DNA of 64,000 nucleotides from Escherichia coli (GTDB lineage Bacteria; Pseudomonadota; Gammaproteobacteria; Enterobacterales; Enterobacteriaceae): NCBI RefSeq assembly GCF_003334815.1, contig NZ_QOWO01000021.1; one strand, 5' to 3'. Shown piece by piece: positions 55,400 to 64,000 of this stretch (position 1 is its first letter; each line of letters starts with the position of its first letter). The notes under the pieces were generated by a model. It saw only the letters and a program-made list of their open reading frames with translations, ran no database searches and was not told where the DNA came from. The position numbers and the translations under genes were made by a program.

Positions 55400-56296
55400 A
55401 TGGACATTTTTATTTCGAAAAAGATGCGCAATTTCATTTTATTAGCGCAAACCAATAATATTGCCCGGGCGGCAGAAAAAATCCATATGACGGCTTCGCC
55501 ATTTGGTAAAAGCATTGCCGCGCTGGAAGAACAAATTGGCTATACGCTATTTACCCGCAAAGATAATAATATCAGCCTCAATAAAGCCGGACAGGAACTG
55601 TATCAAAAACTGTTCCCGGTTTATCAACGGCTTTCTGCGATTGATAATGAAATCCATAACTCAGGGCGTCGTTCACGAGAAATTGTGATTGGCATAGATA
55701 ATACTTATCCGACAATTATTTTCGATCAGTTGATTAGTCTCGGAGATAAGTATGAAGGCGTGACCGCCCAGCCAGTTGAGTTCAGCGAAAATGGCGTTAT
55801 CGATAATCTTTTTGACCGCCAGTTAGATTTTATTATCTCCCCACAGCATGTATCTGCACGAGTTCAGGAACTGGAAAACCTGACTATCAGTGAACTACCA
55901 CCGCTGCGATTAGGCTTTCTCGTTTCTCGCCGTTATGAAGAGCGACAAGAGCAAGAGCTGCTTCAGGAGCTGCCCTGGCTACAAATGCGCTTTCAGAACC
56001 GGGCCAACTTCGAAGCAATGATTGATGCGAATATGCGACCTTGTGGGATCAATCCAACCATTATTTATCGTCCCTACAGTTTTATGGCCAAAATCAGCGC
56101 CGTGGAGCGCGGACATTTTCTGACGGTGATCCCGCATTTTGCCTGGCGACTGGTGAATCCGGCAACGCTGAAATATTTTGATGCACCGCACAGGCCGATG
56201 TATATGCAGGAATATCTTTATTCAATCAGAAATCATCGTTATACCGCCACGATGCTTCAGCATATTGCTGAAGATCGTGACGGGACGAGTCATTAA
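55400..56296 (+). CDS. ygfI: LysR-family transcriptional regulator YgfI
   Basis: Translation from MDIFISKKMRNFILLAQTNNIARAAEKIHMTASPFGKSIAALEEQIGYTLFTRKDNN... (HTH then LysR substrate domain); GGAGGGGG before ATG 55400. Confidence 0.85.
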   Translation: MDIFISKKMRNFILLAQTNNIARAAEKIHMTASPFGKSIAALEEQIGYTLFTRKDNNISLNKAGQELYQKLFPVYQRLSAIDNEIHNSGRRSREIVIGIDNTYPTIIFDQLISLGDKYEGVTAQPVEFSENGVIDNLFDRQLDFIISPQHVSARVQELENLTISELPPLRLGFLVSRRYEERQEQELLQELPWLQMRFQNRANFEAMIDANMRPCGINPTIIYRPYSFMAKISAVERGHFLTVIPHFAWRLVNPATLKYFDAPHRPMYMQEYLYSIRNHRYTATMLQHIAEDRDGTSH

Positions 56297-57771
56297 CCCA
56301 GCATCGAGCCGGTTGCAATTAAATTACGGTGTAAGTCGAAGACGTGGCTAAGATCGTGGTGAATATGTCCGCCAGGCGCATTTTCCAGATAGCGATGCAG
56401 ATAATCCCGATACATAGGATGTGCACAATTATCAATGATAGTGCGGGCGCGTTGAAGCGGGGAAAGACCGCGCAGATCGGCGATCCCTTGTTCGGTGATG
56501 ATCACTTTGACGCTGTGTTCGCTGTGATCAACATGGCTGCACATTGGCACGACGGTTGAGATCTTGCCTTCTTTAGCAATCGACGGGGCCATAAAGATCG
56601 ACAGATACGCGTTGCGTTCAAAATCACCGCTGCCGCCGATGCCGTTCATCAGATCGACCCCGGCTACGTGTGTTGAGTTGGCATGCCCGTAAATATCAAA
56701 CTCCAGGCCGACGTTCAGAGCGATGACGCCCAGACGACGGATGATTTCCGGGTTATTGGAAATCTCCTGCGGACGCAACACAATGCGGCTGGCAAAGTAA
56801 TCCATATTGTCGTAAATCTTGCGCAGGGAATCGGCCGAGATTGTCAGGCTGGAGGCGCTGGCCCCGCTGATTTTGCCGGTTTCCAGTAAATGCACCACCG
56901 ATTCCTGTAGCGCTTCCGAATACATCATAAACGGAGGAATTACCGGGTTTTCCCCCAGACGCGCCATTACCGCATTATTGATATTGCCCACGCCACTTTG
57001 CAGCGGCAGAAATTCCGGCGGAATACGCCCATGCGCCATTTCCTGCAATAAGAACGTGACCACGTTATCGGCAATCTGCTGGCACATGGGATTTTGCTTA
57101 TCCAGCATATTACCGGCGTCGGGCAAGTTGGTTTCCACGACGGCGACAATCTTTTTCGGATCGATTTGCACATAGCGGGTACCGACGCGATCCATTGCAT
57201 GGAAGATCGACACGCTATTGCGCCGCGGTGGCGCGCCAGGAATCACAATATCCGCCAGTTCTGCAACGCGCGGATCGTGATAGTGATTGAGTTCAATGAT
57301 CACTTTCTTCGCCCGCAGCAGCCAGGTCGGCGCATTACCGATCCCGCTGGTTAACCAGACTCGACCATCCGGTGCCAGTGCCGATGCTTCAATGACGGCA
57401 ACATCAATGTCGCCGAAGAAACCGTAATTGACCATTTGCGCCACTTCGCTCAAATGCAGGTCAACGAAACTCACCGCGCCCTGATTGATCTTTTTACGTA
57501 AACCGGACGATGTTTGATATGGCGCACGCCAGGAAACAGCATCGGCGTCAGAAAGTACATCGTCAGCGGCGGCGCTGATTGACGCACCCGTCAGAAGGCG
57601 AATTTGATACGGCTTTTTGGCCTCATGCTGTTCGTTAGCTCTGCGGGCAATCGCGGTGGGTAGGGCTTTCGGCGAACCCGCCGGGGTAAAGCCGCTAAAT
57701 GCCACCATGTCGTTATGCTGGATAATTTCTGCCGCTTCATTGGCGGTCATCCTTGTCCACTGAGTTTCCAT
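56293..57771 (-). CDS. scpC: Propionyl-CoA:succinate CoA transferase
   Basis: Translation METQWTRMTANEAAEIIQHNDMVAFSGFTPAGSPKALPTAIARRANEQ... recognised as ScpC/YgfH. Confidence 0.93.
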   Translation of the reverse strand: METQWTRMTANEAAEIIQHNDMVAFSGFTPAGSPKALPTAIARRANEQHEAKKPYQIRLLTGASISAAADDVLSDADAVSWRAPYQTSSGLRKKINQGAVSFVDLHLSEVAQMVNYGFFGDIDVAVIEASALAPDGRVWLTSGIGNAPTWLLRAKKVIIELNHYHDPRVAELADIVIPGAPPRRNSVSIFHAMDRVGTRYVQIDPKKIVAVVETNLPDAGNMLDKQNPMCQQIADNVVTFLLQEMAHGRIPPEFLPLQSGVGNINNAVMARLGENPVIPPFMMYSEALQESVVHLLETGKISGASASSLTISADSLRKIYDNMDYFASRIVLRPQEISNNPEIIRRLGVIALNVGLEFDIYGHANSTHVAGVDLMNGIGGSGDFERNAYLSIFMAPSIAKEGKISTVVPMCSHVDHSEHSVKVIITEQGIADLRGLSPLQRARTIIDNCAHPMYRDYLHRYLENAPGGHIHHDLSHVFDLHRNLIATGSMLG

Positions 57772-57794
57772 TTTTACTCCTTCGTTCGCAGGGA

Positions 57795-58580
57795 TTAATG
57801 ACCAACGAAATTAGGTTTACGTTTTTCGAGGAAAGCGTTCATCCCTTCCTGGTAATCTTCGCTGTCATACACCGCGCGGCGCATCCCCTGAATACGTTCA
57901 AATTCATCGGAGTTCATGGTGTGTGCTTCGCCCAGTACACGCAGCTCTTCTTTGATAACGGCAATGGCTAACGGCGCTTTCTCAGAGATGTGGTGCGCCA
58001 TTTGTAAGGTGAAATCTTCCAGTTCTTCCACTTCCACAACATGGTTGAGGATGCCGACAGCCAGCGCGCGCTGGGCGGTGATTGGCGAAGCGGTAAAAAT
58101 CAGCTCTTTGACAATGTGGAAGCCCGCGTCGCGGGTCAGGTTGTGAATGCCGACCAGGTTATACGGGACGCCGAGGTTTACAGGCGTCATTGAGAAGGTT
58201 GAGGTACTGGCGGCGATGATCAGATCGGAACTCATGATCATTTCAAATGCGCCACCCCAAACACTACCTTCCACCATCGAAATGATCGGTTTCGGGAATT
58301 TTTGGATCATGCGGGTGATTTGACGCAATGGATCATCATAGGAGAGCGGATCGCGACCGCCAGACGGCAGTTCGTGAATATCGTGACCTGCGGAGAAGAC
58401 TTTGGATCCACTCGGTGCGCGCAAAATGATACAGCGAATTTCCGGCCGGTTGAGATCGCTTAACGCCTGCATAAGATCATCAATAAAGACTTTACTTAAG
58501 GCATTAAGTTTTCGGCCATAGTTAAACTCAATGACCGCCACTTTGTTGATAGTGACAACGTTAACATACTGATAAGACAT
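57795..58580 (-). CDS. scpB: Methylmalonyl-CoA decarboxylase (crotonase fold)
   Basis: Translation from MSYQYVNVVTINKVAVIEFNYGRKLNALSKVFIDDLMQAL... recognised as ScpB/YgfG. Confidence 0.92.
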   Translation of the reverse strand: MSYQYVNVVTINKVAVIEFNYGRKLNALSKVFIDDLMQALSDLNRPEIRCIILRAPSGSKVFSAGHDIHELPSGGRDPLSYDDPLRQITRMIQKFPKPIISMVEGSVWGGAFEMIMSSDLIIAASTSTFSMTPVNLGVPYNLVGIHNLTRDAGFHIVKELIFTASPITAQRALAVGILNHVVEVEELEDFTLQMAHHISEKAPLAIAVIKEELRVLGEAHTMNSDEFERIQGMRRAVYDSEDYQEGMNAFLEKRKPNFVGH

Positions 58581-58590
58581 AAAAATTCCT

Positions 58591-59586
58591 TTAATCAAAA
58601 TATTGCGTCTGGATAAATTCACTGAGCTGCCGCAGGCCGGTGCGCGGTGAGAGCGTATTGTTTTTGACCGCTAAAAGCGTCTGGCGGTAATAGCGATCGA
58701 AATCTTCATTCGCGAACAGGTGATTCAGTACTTCTTCTTCGGTCTGCTTACGCAGCCATTCCACCGATTGTTGTTGCCGCACTTGTTGTAAACGACCACT
58801 GGCAGTTAGCGCGGTTTTGAAGTCGATGATGGCGTGCCAGATCTCATCGATTCCACGTTTTTCCAGTGCGCTACAAGTCAGAACCCGTGGCTGCCATTCG
58901 TCGTATTTACGTCGCAGAATATGCAGGGCACTCTCGTACATATGCCGGGCAATGGCGACATTGGTATGGTTATCGCCATCGTCTTTGTTGATAACGATCA
59001 GATCAGCCACTTCCATCAGCCCTTTTTTAATGCCCTGCAGATCATCGCCGCCACCGGCAATTTGCAACGAGATAAAACAGTCCACCATGCGGGCGACTTC
59101 TGTTTCCGACTGCCCGACGCCAACCGTTTCGACAATCACTACGTCATAACCCGCTGCTTCGCATAACAGCATTAATTCCCGCGCTCGCTGACTGGCACCG
59201 CCCAGATGACCGGAGGATGGTACCGGGCGAATAAACGCCGCTTCGGCACGCGCCAGGTCATTCATGCGGGTTTTATCCCCGAGAATGCTACCGCCAGTGA
59301 CCGGGCTGCTGGGATCGACCGCAATAACCGCGACCTTTAATCCCTCTCGAATCAACAACATGCCAAAGGCCTCAAGAAAGGTACTTTTCCCCGCGCCGGG
59401 GGTGCCGGTAACGCCCAGTCGCAGGGTGTTACCGCAGTACGGCATAATGGCATCAAGCAGCTGCGTACTTAGTGCCTGATGACGCGGGTGACGGCTTTCC
59501 ACCAGCGTCATGGCCTGGGCGAGTGTGGCACGCTCACCCTGACGTAAGCGGCGAATACTTTCTGCCAGCGTGGCTTCATTAATCAT
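58591..59586 (-). CDS. argK: MeaB-like GTPase/metallochaperone of methylmalonyl-CoA mutase
   Basis: Translation [69 protein letters not shown]... recognised as ArgK/YgfD. Confidence 0.92.
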   Translation of the reverse strand: MINEATLAESIRRLRQGERATLAQAMTLVESRHPRHQALSTQLLDAIMPYCGNTLRLGVTGTPGAGKSTFLEAFGMLLIREGLKVAVIAVDPSSPVTGGSILGDKTRMNDLARAEAAFIRPVPSSGHLGGASQRARELMLLCEAAGYDVVIVETVGVGQSETEVARMVDCFISLQIAGGGDDLQGIKKGLMEVADLIVINKDDGDNHTNVAIARHMYESALHILRRKYDEWQPRVLTCSALEKRGIDEIWHAIIDFKTALTASGRLQQVRQQQSVEWLRKQTEEEVLNHLFANEDFDRYYRQTLLAVKNNTLSPRTGLRQLSEFIQTQYFD

Positions 59587-61723
59587 GATGCTGGCTTATC
59601 AGATTCAGTACGTCGCGCACACTGTCGAGCATAGGTGTACCTGGACCATAAATCGCCGCCACGCCGCGCTCTTGCAGGAAGGCGTAATCCTGCGGCGGAA
59701 TGACGCCACCCGCGACCACGCAGATATCTTCGCGTCCCCATTTTTTCAGCGCTTCGACCAGTTCCGGGATCAGCGTTTTATGACCGGCAGCCAGTGAGGA
59801 TGCGCCCACTACGTGAACGTCGTTTTCTACGGCCAGGCGGGCGATCTCTTCAGGTGTAGAGAACATCGGGCTTAAATCTACGTCGAAACCGAGATCGGAA
59901 TAGGCGCTGGCGATCACTTTCGCGCCGCGATCGTGTCCATCCTGGCCCATCTTAGCGATCAGAATGCGCGGGCGACGACCATTGTCGGCAAGGAACTGCT
60001 CCGTTTGCGCAACAATGGCATCGAACTCGGAGGCCGATTTCTCAGACTGATGATAGCTTTGCGCAATCACGCCGGTAACACACTGGCTTGGCACCAGATA
60101 ACGGTCGAAAGCGACTTCCAGCGCATCGGAAATTTCACCCAGGGTGGCGCGAACGCGAGCGGCATTAACAGCGGCAGCCAGCAGGTTTTCGTTATGCTGT
60201 GCGGCGTGAGTCAGGGCGTTCAACGCGGCGGTTACGGCGGCATCATCACGGGTGGCGCGAATGCGTTCCAGCGAAGCAATTTGCTCGTTACGCACCATCA
60301 CGTTGTCGATCTCAAGTACATCGGTTTCGTCTTCGTGATCCAGTTTGTACTTGTTGACACCAACGATGACACGCTTGCCCTGGTCGATCAGCGACTGTTC
60401 GCGCGCTGAGGCCTCTTCGATCATTCGTTTTGGCAGACCTGCTTCGATCGCTTTCGCCATGCCACCGGCTTCGTCGATCTGTTGGATAATAGCTCTGGCT
60501 TGTTTGACGATTTGATCGGTCAGCGACTCAATGTAATAGGATCCGGCCAGTGGATCGACGGTGCGGCAGAGTTCTGATTCTTCCTGGATGATGATCTGGG
60601 TGTTGCGGGCAATGCGTGCTGAGAAATCGGTAGGCAAACCAAGCGCTTCGTCAAAGGCGTTGGTATGCAGTGACTGAGTACCGCCCAGCGTCGCAGCCAG
60701 CGCTTCAATGGTGGTGCGGATAACGTTGTTATACGGATCCTGTTCAGTCAGGCTCCAGCCTGAGGTCTGGCAGTGGGTACGCAGCGCCAGTGATTTCGGG
60801 TCCTGTGCGCCAAATCCACTGACCGCTTCGCTCCATAAATAACGTGCCGCACGCAACATGGCGACGTTCATAAACAGATCCATGCCGATGCCGAAGAAGA
60901 ACGACAGGCGAGGAGCGAAGTCATCAATTTTCAGTCCGGCAGAGATTGCTGCTTTGATGTACTCAATCCCATCAGCGAGCGTAAATGCTACCTGCTGCAC
61001 GCAGTTGGCACCCGCTTCACCCATGTGGTAACCGCTGATACTGATGGTATTAAATCGCGGCATGTTGCCGGAACACCAGGCGATGATGTCGGCGATAATG
61101 CGCATTGACGGTTTTGGTGGGTAAATATAGGTGTTGCGGCAGAGGTACTCTTTGAGAATATCGTTTTGAATGGTGCCGGTCAGTTTATCAGGTGTAACAC
61201 CTTGCTCTTCTGCGGCGACGATATAAAACGCCAGTACTGGTAGCACTGCGCCATTCATGGTCATCGAAACCGACATTTTATCCAGCGGGATCTGGTCGAA
61301 CAGGACTTTCATATCTTCCACGGTGTCGATAGCGACGCCCGCTTTGCCGACGTCGCCCGCCACGCGCGGGTTATCGGAGTCGTAGCCACGGTGGGTGGCA
61401 AGGTCAAACGCAACGGAAAGACCTTTTTGCCCGGCGGCCAGGTTACGGCGATAAAAAGCGTTGGACTCTTTTGCTGTTGAAAAACCAGCATACTGACGGA
61501 TGGTCCACGGTTGGGCGGTATACATAGTGGCACGCGGGCCACGAACGTAGGGCGGCAAACCAGGAAGGGTACCTGTCACCTCCAGATTATCGAGATCGGC
61601 TTCGGTATACAGCGGCTTGATGGCGATCCCTTCCGCGGTTTGATGAACCAGCGAGTCGACAGTTTTCTCCCGACGGCTCAATTCCTTGTTGGCAAGCTGT
61701 TGCCACTCCTGCACGTTAGACAT
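59579..61723 (-). CDS. scpA: Methylmalonyl-CoA mutase (B12-dependent)
   Basis: Translation from [49 protein letters not shown]... recognised as ScpA/Sbm. Confidence 0.94.
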   Translation of the reverse strand: MSNVQEWQQLANKELSRREKTVDSLVHQTAEGIAIKPLYTEADLDNLEVTGTLPGLPPYVRGPRATMYTAQPWTIRQYAGFSTAKESNAFYRRNLAAGQKGLSVAFDLATHRGYDSDNPRVAGDVGKAGVAIDTVEDMKVLFDQIPLDKMSVSMTMNGAVLPVLAFYIVAAEEQGVTPDKLTGTIQNDILKEYLCRNTYIYPPKPSMRIIADIIAWCSGNMPRFNTISISGYHMGEAGANCVQQVAFTLADGIEYIKAAISAGLKIDDFAPRLSFFFGIGMDLFMNVAMLRAARYLWSEAVSGFGAQDPKSLALRTHCQTSGWSLTEQDPYNNVIRTTIEALAATLGGTQSLHTNAFDEALGLPTDFSARIARNTQIIIQEESELCRTVDPLAGSYYIESLTDQIVKQARAIIQQIDEAGGMAKAIEAGLPKRMIEEASAREQSLIDQGKRVIVGVNKYKLDHEDETDVLEIDNVMVRNEQIASLERIRATRDDAAVTAALNALTHAAQHNENLLAAAVNAARVRATLGEISDALEVAFDRYLVPSQCVTGVIAQSYHQSEKSASEFDAIVAQTEQFLADNGRRPRILIAKMGQDGHDRGAKVIASAYSDLGFDVDLSPMFSTPEEIARLAVENDVHVVGASSLAAGHKTLIPELVEALKKWGREDICVVAGGVIPPQDYAFLQERGVAAIYGPGTPMLDSVRDVLNLISQHHD

Positions 61724-61926
61724 TATTTGCTCCGTAAAACGCAATCAAAATGAGGGTATTTGCGCCTACGGTGAGCTTTTTACGTGGGTTTGTCGCCAGC
61801 AAAAAAAATGCATTCAGACGTCGTTTTTTGCCGCCTGAGATTTGTCTATTTTGTGATGTGATTCAAGGAATACAAAAAGAAGTGAGGACAACGCCTGATA
61901 TGTGCTATCAGGCATTATTTGATGGA

Positions 61927-62820
61927 TTAATCCTGACGAAGGACTTTGTGACCATAATCGAGTAACGCATCAGTGACTTTACGCATCATGCGGCTTTCAG
62001 GAGCAAAGCGGTGCCAGTAGAGCATCCGTCGTTGAAATAGCCCAGGCGTTAAGTCAATCAGTTCACCGCTGGCCAGCTCTTTCTCGATTTGCAGGTGCGG
62101 GATCATACAGCAGGTGGTGCCCTGGCGAGCAAGTTGTACGAACGCTTCTGAAGAATTAACGATATGGCAGGGCACGCTGCCTGGAGGCAGATCGAAGTTT
62201 TGCTGCAAAAAGGCCTGGTGCATATCGTCAAGATGGTCAAACGCGACCACTGGCGCTTTCAGTAATGCCGAACGCGTTACGCCGTTAGGGAAATATTTTT
62301 CGGCAAAGGGTTTTGAGCTGACGAACAGATAGTCGAGCGCACCAAGTTTATCGACAAGACAACTCGGCAGCGCCTGATGTTGAATACTCACCGCGCCGAC
62401 CACTTCGCCGCGGCGCAGACGTTCCTGAGTGCGGGTTTCATCTTCTACCTGCAAGTTGAGGCGGATAGGCGAATCAGCCAACACAGGAGCCAGTGCAGGA
62501 AGCAACCACGTCGCCAGACTGTCGGCGTTGACCGCCAGTGAAAGCAGCAGCGGAGTCGAACCGGTTTGTTCATCGCCCAGCCACTCTTCTTCCAGCAACT
62601 CCACCTGGCGCAGCAGTGCCAGCAGTTTTTGCCCTTGTTCCGTCGGGCGCGGCGGTACGGTACGCACCAACAGCGGCTGCCCGAACATATTTTCCAGTTG
62701 CTTAATGCGCTGTGAGACGGCTGATTGTGTAATGCACAGCTTTTGTGCCGCGCGCTCAAATCCTCGTTCACGTATCACCGCATCCAGTGCCTGTAATGTT
62801 CTGTAGTCCGGGCGTTTCAT
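61927..62820 (-). CDS. argP: LysR-type transcriptional regulator ArgP (IciA)
   Basis: Translation from [54 protein letters not shown]... recognised as ArgP; start ATG 62820. Confidence 0.93.
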
Positions 62821-62961
62821 TGCTGTTGTCTGCTCCTGGTAAATGCTTTTTCCTGCACTATGACACAATTTTGTGTCAGGTTGCATATACCGAAGCCGTC
62901 GGCGGGTAACATTTGTATCCGTGGTTAAAAGCGCAGCTTAAAAGATCAGGGATTTGCGCTA

Positions 62962-63192
62962 ATGCATTTCGCTCAGCGAGTTCGCGCCCTGGTTGTGTTG
63001 AATGGCGTGGCGTTATTGCCTCAATTTGCCTGTAAACAGGGGCTTGCGAACGGTGAACTGGTGCGCCTGTTTGCACCGTGGAGCGGCATACCCAGACCGT
63101 TGTATGCTTTATTTGCGGGGCGAAAGGGGATGCCTGCCATTGCGCGATATTTTATGGATGAGTTAACCACGCGGCTTGCCAACGGGGTCTGA
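62962..63192 (+). pseudogene. yqfE: LysR-family regulator C-terminal fragment (yqfE-like pseudogene)
   Basis: 76-codon ORF resembling a LysR substrate-domain C-terminus only; sits where K-12 carries the yqfE pseudogene between argP and rpiA (from memory). Confidence 0.55.
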
Positions 63193-63247
63193 ATCGCTTT
63201 TTTTGTATATAATGCGTGTGAAATTTCATACCACAGGCGAAACGATC

Positions 63248-63907
63248 ATGACGCAGGATGAATTGAAAAAAGCAGTAGGATGGGCGGCACTTCAGTATGT
63301 TCAGCCCGGCACCATTGTTGGTGTAGGTACAGGTTCCACCGCCGCACACTTTATTGACGCGCTCGGTACAATGAAAGGCCAGATTGAAGGGGCCGTTTCC
63401 AGTTCAGATGCTTCCACTGAAAAACTGAAAAGCCTCGGCATTCACGTTTTTGATCTCAACGAAGTCGACAGCCTTGGCATCTACGTTGATGGCGCAGATG
63501 AAATCAACGGCCACATGCAAATGATCAAAGGCGGCGGCGCGGCGCTGACCCGTGAAAAAATCATTGCTTCGGTTGCAGAAAAATTTATCTGTATTGCAGA
63601 CGCTTCCAAGCAGGTTGATATTCTGGGTAAATTCCCGCTGCCAGTAGAAGTTATCCCGATGGCACGTAGTGCAGTGGCGCGTCAGCTGGTGAAACTGGGC
63701 GGTCGTCCGGAATACCGTCAGGGCGTGGTGACCGATAATGGCAACGTGATCCTCGACGTCCACGGCATGGAAATCCTTGACCCGATAGCGATGGAAAACG
63801 CCATAAATGCGATTCCTGGCGTGGTGACTGTTGGCTTGTTTGCTAACCGTGGCGCGGACGTTGCGCTGATTGGCACACCTGACGGTGTCAAAACCATTGT
63901 GAAATGA
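63248..63907 (+). CDS. rpiA: Ribose-5-phosphate isomerase A
   Basis: Translation from [61 protein letters not shown]... recognised as RpiA. Confidence 0.96.
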
Positions 63908-64000
63908 TCTGACGGGGGAACCTCCCATAAGCGCTAACTTAAGGGTTGAACCATCTGAAGAATGCGACGCCTCGGTGCCTCGTTAAGACGATGCCTCGCG

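Overview
The window reads as an Escherichia coli-type chromosome segment around the tRNA-Phe (pheV) integration hotspot, in reverse-complement orientation relative to the usual K-12 map. Positions ~12.3-64 kb are conserved core genome: yqgA, speC, nupG, mltC, yggX, mutY, trmB, yggL, yggN, ansB, yggM, hemW, rdgB, yggU/T/S/R, ruvX, yqgE, gshB, rsmE, endA, sprT, galP, metK, yqgC/yqgB, speA, speB, loiP, tktA, cmtBA, yggPFDC, epd, pgk, fbaA, mscS, argO, yggE, ygfI, the scpC-scpB-argK-scpA operon, argP, yqfE and rpiA, with REP/BIME clusters and intrinsic terminators between them. Positions 1-~12.13 kb are an AT-richer (by eye) acquired island abutting the 3' end of tRNA-Phe. It carries an intact P4-type integrase, a degraded second integrase, an opacity/OmpX-like outer-membrane beta-barrel, a phosphoethanolamine-transferase-family membrane enzyme, and a convergent 5'-nucleotidase-like / HNH endonuclease pair. 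The best candidate for an undescribed system is at 1-4907: a 1093-aa SF2 (DEAH) helicase with a ~620-aa C-terminal region I cannot assign, followed by a 440-aa polytopic membrane protein and preceded by a gene cut off by the window edge. All gene identifications are from reading the translations and from recalled knowledge of E. coli proteins; no database search was run.
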